Notes under the pieces: generated by a model
Databases searched by the model: none
Told to the model about the DNA's origin: nothing
Seen by the model: only the letters and a program-made list of their open reading frames with translations
IMG/VR virus record: IMGVR_UViG_3300045450_000131
Span: 97,228 to 161,227 of that record
Direction: 5' to 3' (one strand)
Origin: a virus
Lineage: Duplodnaviria > Heunggongvirae > Uroviricota > Caudoviricetes
DNA length: 64,000 nt
Translations under genes and position numbers: made by a program
Shown here: one piece after another, positions 10,052 to 17,639 of the stretch
Position numbering within the stretch: position 1 is the stretch's first letter
Layout: every line of letters begins with the position of its first letter

Positions 10052-10451
10052 ACTTAAAGTGTCGTTCTAAATTATTCATTTTAATAAACTTGAAAACATT
10101 TGGCTCACCGATTGAGTTTGCCATCTTAGCCCACACAAGCTGGGTGATTAAACTCAGCTCGTATGCGGTAATGTCTGTCTCAATACTTAACTTAATTGTA
10201 ACACGCTCACCATTTTCATTAATGTATGTTAAGGACAAGGTAGGAAGGTCAGCAGTTTCACCACCTTGTTTGACTTTGAACAGCTTAGCATTATCGAGCA
10301 TTGGAAATTGCTGTAAAGAAACAGGAATCTTGATGTGAGATACATCAGGCATCGTTGTGTCCATCTCTGTCTTTCCTCTATATCCAACTTGTACGTTATC
10401 TATATCCACGTTAACGAATGGATCAACTACTAATCTAGTTACAAATTTCAT
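10044..10451 (-). CDS. Hypothetical protein
   Basis: 135 aa, overlapping neighbours between uvsY-like and uvsW. Confidence 0.65.
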   Translation of the reverse strand: MKFVTRLVVDPFVNVDIDNVQVGYRGKTEMDTTMPDVSHIKIPVSLQQFPMLDNAKLFKVKQGGETADLPTLSLTYINENGERVTIKLSIETDITAYELSLITQLVWAKMANSIGEPNVFKFIKMNNLERHFKYG

Positions 10452-10909
10452 ATGATTGCGTCCTCGATAGTGGCTACACGCAACTTAACAATTGCGCCGA
10501 TCATCCAGCCCATCTGCTTAAAGCCGTCAACGATTTCTTCTAACTTACCGTAAATCAACGCCGCTTCAATGATAAGCTGATTTAGCTCGACAATGTCCTT
10601 CTCACCATTAATCAGAGTCGTCGCTTCTCTTGCAGCAAGCGCTCTTGATCCTTGAGAGTAATTCTTAGTAAAACGCGCTTCAAGTCTATTCCGGTTATTT
10701 TCTAACCACTTCATAAGCTGCTTCATTTCCTGCATTTTCTGCGCGTAGAATGCCTGGTGCTTTGGTAAGTCTCGAGCTAGGTGCTCGAGTTTCTTTCCTT
10801 CAATGTCAAACAGCTTATCAGACTCGATGACGTATTGCTCATATTCAATAAACAGCTCAGGCAGTTGCTCCTGTAGCTTGTCGTCTTCAAGTGTGAATAG
10901 AAAGCTCAT
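10448..10909 (-). CDS. uvsY: Recombination mediator, UvsY-like
   Basis: Helical 153-aa protein in the uvsX-uvsW cluster with FKQMGWMIGAIVKLR, resembling the UvsY C-terminal motif. Confidence 0.65.
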   Translation of the reverse strand: MSFLFTLEDDKLQEQLPELFIEYEQYVIESDKLFDIEGKKLEHLARDLPKHQAFYAQKMQEMKQLMKWLENNRNRLEARFTKNYSQGSRALAAREATTLINGEKDIVELNQLIIEAALIYGKLEEIVDGFKQMGWMIGAIVKLRVATIEDAII

Positions 10910-11127
10910 TAATAACCTTCGTCCTCGTCATCAAGGTAGTTATCATTTTCGTCATCATCGGTGTCGTCATCATCGCGTGGGTTCTTACCAGTCACGTCTT
11001 CAATCTTGAAGGACTTAGCTAGGCCATCACCAACGACTAACTCGCCAATAGTTTCTGCCTGCTCCTTGGCATCGTCAATGCTATTTTCTTTGATTTTAAA
11101 AGTGATTGTTGCTTCGTAAATTGCCAT
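10909..11127 (-). CDS. Small acidic hypothetical protein
   Basis: 72 aa with an Asp/Glu-rich tail. Confidence 0.6.
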   Translation of the reverse strand: MAIYEATITFKIKENSIDDAKEQAETIGELVVGDGLAKSFKIEDVTGKNPRDDDDTDDDENDNYLDDEDEGY

Positions 11128-11196
11128 GATATGTGATCTCGCTAAAAATGATATTTTAACAAATTAAATTACTTGATATAAACCTGTATAAGGTTA

Positions 11197-11222
11197 AAAG
11201 GGGAGAATTAAATTCTCCCCTT
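11197..11222 (-). terminator. Rho-independent terminator downstream of uvsX
   Basis: GGGGAGAATT / AATTCTCCCC inverted repeat followed by TTTT on the minus strand. Confidence 0.75.
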
Positions 11223-11226
11223 ATTT

Positions 11227-12330
11227 TCAATCTAATGCTTTATCGTTGTCGTCGTCTGATAGCGCTTCGATAATTTCAGCAGTATTGACTGCTTCCTCTG
11301 GCCGCTCTAGAATTGGTAGGCATTCTGGGTGAGTTAGTAATAACTTAGCAATGTCATGCGTAAGTTCGCTTTCCTTAAATGCTACTCGTTGCTTTTGGCC
11401 CTTTGCATCAGTAAATTCAGCAACATACTTTTGCTTTTCACCAGGTTGAGTGCCCTTGGCAATGACCTTCATCTCTTCCAGCAACTCAACCAAGCCGCTG
11501 AATGGGCTCATGCCCTTGTTGTATGGAACTTCTAATTCAACCTTAGTGCCAAGCTTTGCAAAACGTGACTTGTAGGTTTCGAACTTCATTCGGACGCCAG
11601 TTACAATACCTTCTTCCTTCAGCTTCAGCTTAGTAACAATACCAATAATTGAAACTGAGAACTTGGTGCTGTTAGTAATGGCCCATGCACCGTCACCCAT
11701 CATAATGTCCTGTGGATAGACGTGATCGGTTAACACGAACGAGATAGGAAGCCTACCGATATTGCCAACTGCAAGTCGTAGCATTGCTTTACGACGCTTT
11801 GCAAGCTGACCTTGATCACCCTTAATAACACCCTTGTCGTAGTTCTCGATTTCTGTCGAGGAGCTCAACATTGCAAGTGAGTCCAATACAATAAGAACCT
11901 TATCACCATTTGGATTATCCTTACCGAATTCCTTAGTGTAGGAACTGAAGAAGTCTGATAGAACTCGATTCACGTCTTCAATCGTGGTGACTGACAGATA
12001 AGTGAGCTTTTCTTCGCTAATGTCGACGCCGATCTTACGCAGATAGTCTACGTCAATCGCATGCTCTGAGTCTAGATACACAATGTGATAACCTTCAAGC
12101 TGGGCTTGCAGTGCAAGGTTAGAAGCCATGAATGACTTACCAGAACCTGATGGACCTGCAAATAGAGTTAGCTTAGAAAGTGGAATGCCCTTCAGGAAGT
12201 CACCGCTGAGAGCGCGATTTAGTGCATAGTTACCGGTTGATAGCCATGTTTCAGTGGTCTTGATACCAACACCAACAGTGTCAAGTTTAGCCACGTCTTT
12301 CTTAAATTGAGAAAGAAACTTTAATGCCAT
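11227..12330 (-). CDS. uvsX: RecA-like recombinase UvsX
   Basis: STGNYALN, GPSGSGKS, YLDSEHA, VLDSLAML and GFSPFSGL-like (GMSPFSGL) motifs. Start moved to MALKF at 12330 behind an AAGG SD. Confidence 0.94.
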   Translation of the reverse strand: MALKFLSQFKKDVAKLDTVGVGIKTTETWLSTGNYALNRALSGDFLKGIPLSKLTLFAGPSGSGKSFMASNLALQAQLEGYHIVYLDSEHAIDVDYLRKIGVDISEEKLTYLSVTTIEDVNRVLSDFFSSYTKEFGKDNPNGDKVLIVLDSLAMLSSSTEIENYDKGVIKGDQGQLAKRRKAMLRLAVGNIGRLPISFVLTDHVYPQDIMMGDGAWAITNSTKFSVSIIGIVTKLKLKEEGIVTGVRMKFETYKSRFAKLGTKVELEVPYNKGMSPFSGLVELLEEMKVIAKGTQPGEKQKYVAEFTDAKGQKQRVAFKESELTHDIAKLLLTHPECLPILERPEEAVNTAEIIEALSDDDNDKALD

Positions 12331-12386
12331 TTGTATTCCTTTTTGAAAACGACTTCGGCAGAATTGCTCTGCCGATTTTCCCAAAT

Positions 12387-12413
12387 TAGGTGGACCCGAA
12401 GGCCCACTCCTAA
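12387..12413 (-). terminator. UUCG-capped hairpin between gp32 and uvsX
   Basis: GTGGGCC-TTCG-GGTCCAC on the minus strand; weak U-tract, so a terminator or a processing stem. Confidence 0.55.
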
Positions 12414-13316
12414 TTATTCTGCTTCTTGCTTAGCCTTTTGTGCTGCTGCACGTGCCTTGAGTTGCTCAACAACTGAGAGCTTCTTTTCGCCAGCTGGCTT
12501 TTCAACTACAGCTTCTTCCTGCTTTTCAGTAGGTGCGTCGTCTTCAGTCTTGGTCTTCTTGACCAAATTTAGACCTTCGGTCTTTGCAGTTTCCTTTGGC
12601 TTTTCTTCACCATAAGAACCACCGGTGCGATCTGCAGTGAGCATAGCCTCGAGGACTTCCTTGCTCATCTTTGGGGTGCGTTGCTTAGCTAGATCGAAGA
12701 GCTCCATAGCTTCAACTACATCGCTGTCAACATTGCTTTGCTTCGGCGCGAAGCTTGAGGTACCATAGTCAGCGTAATCACCGGACTTGCTCTTTTTAAT
12801 ACGGAAGTTATAACCGCCCTGTAGTTCGTATGGAGCTTCCTCAAGGTCACCAGATTGGAATGCAGCCTGGATTTGCTTGAAGATTTTTGGTCCAAATTCA
12901 ATTAGCTTAACTAGCTGCTCTTGATCGTGCTCAATTGGTGTGTCCATCACTAGCACTTGACCAATGTAGGACTTCTTGCGGTAGTACTTCTTACCTAGAG
13001 CTTGGTTGTGTTCTGGGTCCTTCTCGTCGTAGTACTTCTGTGAGAGTGCGCAGATTGGGCATTCTTCACCGTACATCTTCAGGCATGGTACCTTTTGGCG
13101 CTTGCCATTGATAGTGAGTTCGTGAGCGAGGTTTTCAACTAGGAAGCCCATGCCGTTGTCTTCGTCGGCGTCGGGTAGGAAGCGAACAACAGACACGGTG
13201 TCTACGTCGGCCTTCCAGAATGGGAAGAATAGTTTCCAAGATTGATCGCCACCACCTTCGTTAGAGGTCTTTGAAGCGAATGCGGAAGCTAGATCAGCGA
13301 GAGATTTCTTTGCCAT
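12414..13316 (-). CDS. gp32: Single-stranded DNA-binding protein, T4 gp32-like
   Basis: VVRFLPD, H...ING....PCL..YGE.CPIC zinc site, FGPKIF, GYNFRIKK and YADY..S.F motifs. Confidence 0.9.
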   Translation of the reverse strand: MAKKSLADLASAFASKTSNEGGGDQSWKLFFPFWKADVDTVSVVRFLPDADEDNGMGFLVENLAHELTINGKRQKVPCLKMYGEECPICALSQKYYDEKDPEHNQALGKKYYRKKSYIGQVLVMDTPIEHDQEQLVKLIEFGPKIFKQIQAAFQSGDLEEAPYELQGGYNFRIKKSKSGDYADYGTSSFAPKQSNVDSDVVEAMELFDLAKQRTPKMSKEVLEAMLTADRTGGSYGEEKPKETAKTEGLNLVKKTKTEDDAPTEKQEEAVVEKPAGEKKLSVVEQLKARAAAQKAKQEAE

Positions 13317-13379
13317 TTTATTTAAACCTTTTCAAAATTAAAAATTACATAAAGCATACAGACCCATTCGTCTGCAAGT

Positions 13380-13387
13380 TATTTATA
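13380..13387 (-). promoter_or_regulatory. T4-type late promoter TATAAATA
   Basis: Exact consensus about 65 nt upstream of the gp32-like start. Confidence 0.6.
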
Positions 13388-13493
13388 TGAAACCGCCAGC
13401 TTTATGCATAAGATAAACGACTTAGTTTGTATCGTTTAAGTAGTAATTGTAACTTAGTATATGATCGTTTCAATCTTAATTTTGGGTTAAATG

Positions 13494-13516
13494 AAAAAGG
13501 GCCCGAAGGCCCTTTA
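13494..13516 (-). terminator. Rho-independent terminator, UUCG loop
   Basis: AGGGCC-TTCG-GGCCCT followed by a T run. Confidence 0.85.
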
Positions 13517-13534
13517 AAATGCAAGAAATGTATT

Positions 13535-14758
13535 TTAGACAATTTCCATCACGTAGCTATCCACCTCAGACCCTACCAGCGGAGTTGCCTGTGCCATCAT
13601 GATGGCATGAATGCGCTCGGGTGGCAGAAACTTGTCAGTCCTAGTCTGTTGTCTCTCATTTACTTTCTTTTCAGATGCGTAGAATTCCACGCTAGTGATG
13701 TGATAGTTGCGGCGTCGAGCCTCACTCACCCAGAAGTTCCGGCCCTTCTTATTGTGATTCATTCGATCTACCACTAGCGTCTTACGACTATTAAAGGCTT
13801 CCATGAATTTCTTCATGGCAAATTCCTTGTAGCCTTTTTCATCTTGCATGTGGCAGTAATTCCACGCCTCGCGATAGCGATCCGCATCAGAGCACGCATT
13901 ATATCCATAACTGCCAGTCACCGTATCACCCCAGCACTTCTCAGCATATTGAATACGAAGATCGTCCTCACTCACTATCACGCACCTATGATTATGCCCG
14001 AAATGTTGACGGATGTAAGTAGTCTTCCCAACACCGCTGGGTCCAACCAGCAGGATCATTGCTGCCTCGGGCTCCTTATGGTTCTCAAACTTACCATCAA
14101 AGTGCATTTGCGTAAGTCGGCGCAGTTGATTCTTGCGAGGCATTTGAGTAATATCTACTTTGTCAAAGTCATTAATCCAGTTCTCGACGTTTTCCAGCTT
14201 TTCAGCGTGATTATCAGAAATACGACCACGTGAATCAGAGCGAAGCATGTCATAGAAACACACATATTCATTCTCAAGCGTCATCACGAGTGCCCGCCGC
14301 AAATTCTTCAGCTTTTCAACATTCTTCAGCCCATACGGAAGGTGATGCTCGATCATCAGCTTGATCGCCCGAATATCAAGCCAGTTCAACCCCAACTTGA
14401 AGAGGCCATCACGAATCTCTTTATCATCGCACACCACATTGATGAACTCGTTTGCCGAGATGGGTTCATGCCCAGCATAAGACCGATAGAAGACTCCAGG
14501 TTGATCCTTTTTCTCAAGGATTTTTTCTGCTTCAGGCTTGCCAAAATCGTGGAAGAGCAAAGCCACCCGAGTCATGAGCTGTTGCTTGGCAGTACGCTCA
14601 TGTGCAATCTTTTCATATTGCTCGAGGGTCATCATGGTATGGACCCACGTGTTGGCTTCACGGTGCCAAGGGGAATCCTCGACAGTCTTTTGCATTGCAA
14701 TCCCATACGTGCTATTTTTTGCAATCTCAACCAAGTCCTCAAAAGCAAATTCGCTCAT
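13535..14758 (-). CDS. HD-domain phosphohydrolase fused to a P-loop polynucleotide-kinase-like domain
   Basis: PWH.E...VHT, LFHDFGK, GHE..SA and D..GR in the N-terminal half; GPSGVGKTT, SEDDLR, VVDRMN and RQ.TR in the C-terminal half. Confidence 0.8.
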   Translation of the reverse strand: MSEFAFEDLVEIAKNSTYGIAMQKTVEDSPWHREANTWVHTMMTLEQYEKIAHERTAKQQLMTRVALLFHDFGKPEAEKILEKKDQPGVFYRSYAGHEPISANEFINVVCDDKEIRDGLFKLGLNWLDIRAIKLMIEHHLPYGLKNVEKLKNLRRALVMTLENEYVCFYDMLRSDSRGRISDNHAEKLENVENWINDFDKVDITQMPRKNQLRRLTQMHFDGKFENHKEPEAAMILLVGPSGVGKTTYIRQHFGHNHRCVIVSEDDLRIQYAEKCWGDTVTGSYGYNACSDADRYREAWNYCHMQDEKGYKEFAMKKFMEAFNSRKTLVVDRMNHNKKGRNFWVSEARRRNYHITSVEFYASEKKVNERQQTRTDKFLPPERIHAIMMAQATPLVGSEVDSYVMEIV

Positions 14759-14786
14759 TTTAAATGTCCTTTATTTTGTTAAGCTA

Positions 14787-14816
14787 ATTATAACATGAAC
14801 CTAAAAGTAAGTACAC
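14787..14816 (-). promoter_or_regulatory. Early sigma70-type promoter GTGTAC-N18-TATAAT
   Basis: T4-early-like -35 (GTTTAC class) and a perfect -10, upstream of the HD-kinase gene. Confidence 0.7.
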
Positions 14817-14821
14817 AAAAG

Positions 14822-14846
14822 AAAAGGGCTCTTTAAGAGCCCTTTA
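14822..14846. terminator. Bidirectional terminator
   Basis: AAAAGGGCTCT-TTA-AGAGCCCTTTT. Confidence 0.8.
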
Positions 14847-14859
14847 TTAAATGTTCAAA

Positions 14860-15252
14860 TTATGATTTCACATCAAGCGCTTTTGCAATGTATTCAAATC
14901 GTTGGCTGTCAGTCAGCTCGTTCCAAGATGGAAATCGATTTGAATTAATATCAGTGCTGTAGACATAATCTACGTACAATTTCTGAGCAGCAATAATCAC
15001 CTCATCCTTAGTATTACTAGATACATAAGATGTTTTCTTAGGGATAACATCTTCGACATAAAGGAATGGAATCCTATAGTCGCCGATTTCAGTCATAATT
15101 TGGACTTCATCGCCATTTTCTAAAATGAAAACTAGCTCATTTACTGCGTTAGAAGTTACGCTCTTAATAGTTTTACCTTCTAAGAACTTAAACTTTTTCT
15201 GACGTTCAAGTTCTGCGTCATTAATGAAATTCTTCTTAAAAATAGTTGACAT
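14860..15252 (-). CDS. Hypothetical protein
   Basis: 130-aa ORF in operon. Confidence 0.6.
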   Translation of the reverse strand: MSTIFKKNFINDAELERQKKFKFLEGKTIKSVTSNAVNELVFILENGDEVQIMTEIGDYRIPFLYVEDVIPKKTSYVSSNTKDEVIIAAQKLYVDYVYSTDINSNRFPSWNELTDSQRFEYIAKALDVKS

Positions 15253-15257
15253 ATAAT

Positions 15258-15584
15258 TTAATCCAGACGAGTATTAACAGAAATTTTTATCCCTAATTCC
15301 TTAATTTTACCCGCAAATGCCCTTGCACCCGCTTCTTTGGCATACATATTTTGGCATGAGTTACCAGACGGGTTCCAGATGCTGTACCCACCATAGTAGT
15401 CGTCGGTTCGACCAATTTTCTTTTCCTTCAGCAGCTTGACAAGAGGTCCACGTGCGGGTTTAATATTTACCCATGCGAATCCACACGGATAATTGTCCCC
15501 ACCATTTTCATCTAGATAGGTTTGGGTTGCAAGTGCTGCGGCTTCTTGTGCAGCAATAAGAGTTTCTTCCAGTAGCGATGACAT
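15258..15584 (-). CDS. Conserved phage hypothetical protein
   Basis: CGFAWV..KPARG, YGG..IWNP and KEAGA.AFA...RLD pattern, recalled from large phages. Confidence 0.7.
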   Translation of the reverse strand: MSSLLEETLIAAQEAAALATQTYLDENGGDNYPCGFAWVNIKPARGPLVKLLKEKKIGRTDDYYGGYSIWNPSGNSCQNMYAKEAGARAFAGKIKELGIKISVNTRLD

Positions 15585-15592
15585 ATAATCCT

Positions 15593-16060
15593 TTACTTGG
15601 AGGGCTTACTATAATTATACAATGCCTTTGAGACAGTGTATACAGTAGAATTAGCATCAATAGGAATATCATCCTCATGGATGTCAATTTCTAAGGCAAG
15701 TTCGTCTTCGACCATCATGATAATCTCAACAACATCCAAACTATCAACACCCAAGTCAAGAAGTGTATTACTAATGACTGCAGACTGGGAAGTGTTAAGT
15801 TGATCAGCAGTATTTTTAATAACTGACTCTAAGAACTGCTGCTCGTAAATTGACACTTCTCCGAGATTCTCGCGGATACCCGCCTCTACAACTGGCCCTT
15901 CATCTTTCTTCTTAAATGATTCCAAAATGGGGGTAAATGCCTTGATAATTTGTGATAGCTTTTTATTCATCTTGCTGTTGCCAGTAATAGCAAAGCCTTT
16001 CTTCAGTTCTTGCAGCGTATTTAGGGCATCACCAGCATTACGAATCATTTGATCATTCAT
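15593..16060 (-). CDS. Protein with a C-terminal acyl-carrier-protein-like domain
   Basis: DLGVDSLDVVEIIMMVEDELALEI matches the ACP phosphopantetheine site (D-S-L); about 70 extra N-terminal residues. Confidence 0.75.
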   Translation of the reverse strand: MNDQMIRNAGDALNTLQELKKGFAITGNSKMNKKLSQIIKAFTPILESFKKKDEGPVVEAGIRENLGEVSIYEQQFLESVIKNTADQLNTSQSAVISNTLLDLGVDSLDVVEIIMMVEDELALEIDIHEDDIPIDANSTVYTVSKALYNYSKPSK

Positions 16061-16212
16061 AGGTCACCATCTTCCTTCATTCGATCAATATTAGCATTTA
16101 ACATGTTTTCAAAGAACTCGTCAAGAATCTCAGCCTACTGATTTGCCTCTTCATGTGTTCTAAAAATTTACTCACTGACACGCAAGTCCAATTACTAATT
16201 CTGCTACTCATA

Positions 16213-16461
16213 TTATCCCAAAATGTAAGTTGCAGTGCCAACTAAAGTACATACAACTATCACTAGCATTATAAAGAGGACCACAGCAATCCTAGACATT
16301 ACCTCAAATGCCTTAATGTGTCCAGGCACGGGACACCATGAGTCGTCGTATTCAGGCAGTCTAGCAAGTTTAATGACAAACTTAATAAATGCCGTTGTTA
16401 TTTTTTCTCGTAGCGTCATACTTATCCCCAAATATAGGTTGCCATACCGACAATTATACAC
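16213..16461 (-). CDS. Small membrane protein
   Basis: Hydrophobic C-terminal helix; the real start is probably MTLREK. Confidence 0.55.
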   Translation of the reverse strand: MYNCRYGNLYLGISMTLREKITTAFIKFVIKLARLPEYDDSWCPVPGHIKAFEVMSRIAVVLFIMLVIVVCTLVGTATYILG

Positions 16462-16510
16462 ACTACTACAGAGAATGCGACGTACAAGACAGCAATGACT
16501 TTAAAGAAGT

Positions 16511-16810
16511 TCATTTGTCAACTCGCTCGTATTTCGCACAGTATGGCTTGCCTTGCTCGACATTCTGATTTACTCCTACAGAAATCTCTCTATTATTTTG
16601 TGTAATAAACGTTAGGCTTTTATCCCGTAACCGTAGGATTGTGCCGACCTTTACTTGATCGACGCACACCTCATGAGTAGTTAGGTTGTAATATGCGACC
16701 CATGAAACTGCGCCAATAAAGAACAATACAGAAACGCATAAGAAGACGACTTTCATTTTTTGCATAGTTGAAATTTCAGAAGTGCGGGTTGCGTTCGTCA
16801 ACATGACCAC
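16511..16810 (-). CDS. Membrane-anchored hypothetical protein
   Basis: One N-terminal TM segment (VVFLCVSVLFFIGAVSWVAYY). Confidence 0.55.
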   Translation of the reverse strand: MVMLTNATRTSEISTMQKMKVVFLCVSVLFFIGAVSWVAYYNLTTHEVCVDQVKVGTILRLRDKSLTFITQNNREISVGVNQNVEQGKPYCAKYERVDK

Positions 16811-17228
16811 CGATCATCCACGAGTAGCCACCAACTTGCTTCCAACCAGCACTGTTTTTACGACGGTTAAACTTATGGCCAGTGGAAGTAATCACCATCT
16901 GCTTCGGCGTGATGCGCACAATCTCACCACACGGATAGGAATCACCGTTGAAGGACTTGGAAACCTTATCACCAACTTTGGGAGGCACGAAGATCGAGTA
17001 GCGGGGAGAGACGTGTTCACCTGCATCTGCGGCTTGGTATTCAACGCCAGATACTTCAGTGACCTTCTTTGCAAGTTCCTCACACTGTTCAAAGTTCTTG
17101 ATGTCCCACTTGTCGATCACGCCATCGTATTCCAGACCTTCGATCTTGCGAAGAGTAGGAGTACCAGTGAAGGGATTTTCTGCAGTGATGCCAACAACGT
17201 CGTTACGGTTAGTAAGGATGTAGATCAT
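16776..17228 (-). CDS. Conserved phage hypothetical protein
   Basis: SPRY....PKVGD.VS.SFNGD.YPCG.I..IT motif. Confidence 0.7.
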   Translation of the reverse strand: MIYILTNRNDVVGITAENPFTGTPTLRKIEGLEYDGVIDKWDIKNFEQCEELAKKVTEVSGVEYQAADAGEHVSPRYSIFVPPKVGDKVSKSFNGDSYPCGEIVRITPKQMVITSTGHKFNRRKNSAGWKQVGGYSWMIGGHVDERNPHF

Positions 17229-17302
17229 GTTGAACCTGTATGTTTGTTTGCGATAGAGTAATTATAACGACCTGGCGGGAATCGTGTTAACTTCTTTTCA
17301 AG

Positions 17303-17560
17303 TTATTTTCTACGCATAGCACCGGCTCTACCTTGCTTTGACCATTCATATGAATGCCCATCAGGGGTTTTACCATCTATTACACTTGAAACACCCAACT
17401 TACCGACTAGATTTGTTTCTGACGGCGCAATGCACACGTGACTATTTCCCTCAGCCCTTTTTGAGGCTGATAATTTTAATGCTGTTGATAATTCGCTATC
17501 ACCAAGAGACTCACAATGCGGTGCTCCTCCTGAGTCAAGCCAGTAGATGACCATGCTCAT
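17303..17560 (-). CDS. Hypothetical protein
   Basis: 85 aa with an SD (AAGGA) and a TATAAT upstream. Confidence 0.65.
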   Translation of the reverse strand: MSMVIYWLDSGGAPHCESLGDSELSTALKLSASKRAEGNSHVCIAPSETNLVGKLGVSSVIDGKTPDGHSYEWSKQGRAGAMRRK

Positions 17561-17639
17561 GTTATTTTTCCTTTTTAGTAGTAGGAATTATAACACAAAA
17601 CACGCAAGTCATAAGCATTAGATTAAAAATAGCGGTAGC

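Noticed and set aside
15593-16060. Interpretation of the window as cellular chromosome because of ACP, RecA-like and nrdAB genes
   Set aside because: gp23, gp22, gp17, gp18, gp19, gp32, T4-type late promoters and dense phage-style operons show a T4-like phage origin.
16060-16211. Frame reading ...EEANQ-TAG-AEILDEFFENMLNANIDRMKEDGDL, a possible sign of amber recoding
   Set aside because: A TAA lies just upstream in the same frame with no start codon. Long genes such as nrdA, gp17 and gp18 are uninterrupted under the standard code, and TAG terminates the 29741 and 32000 genes. There is no support for recoding.
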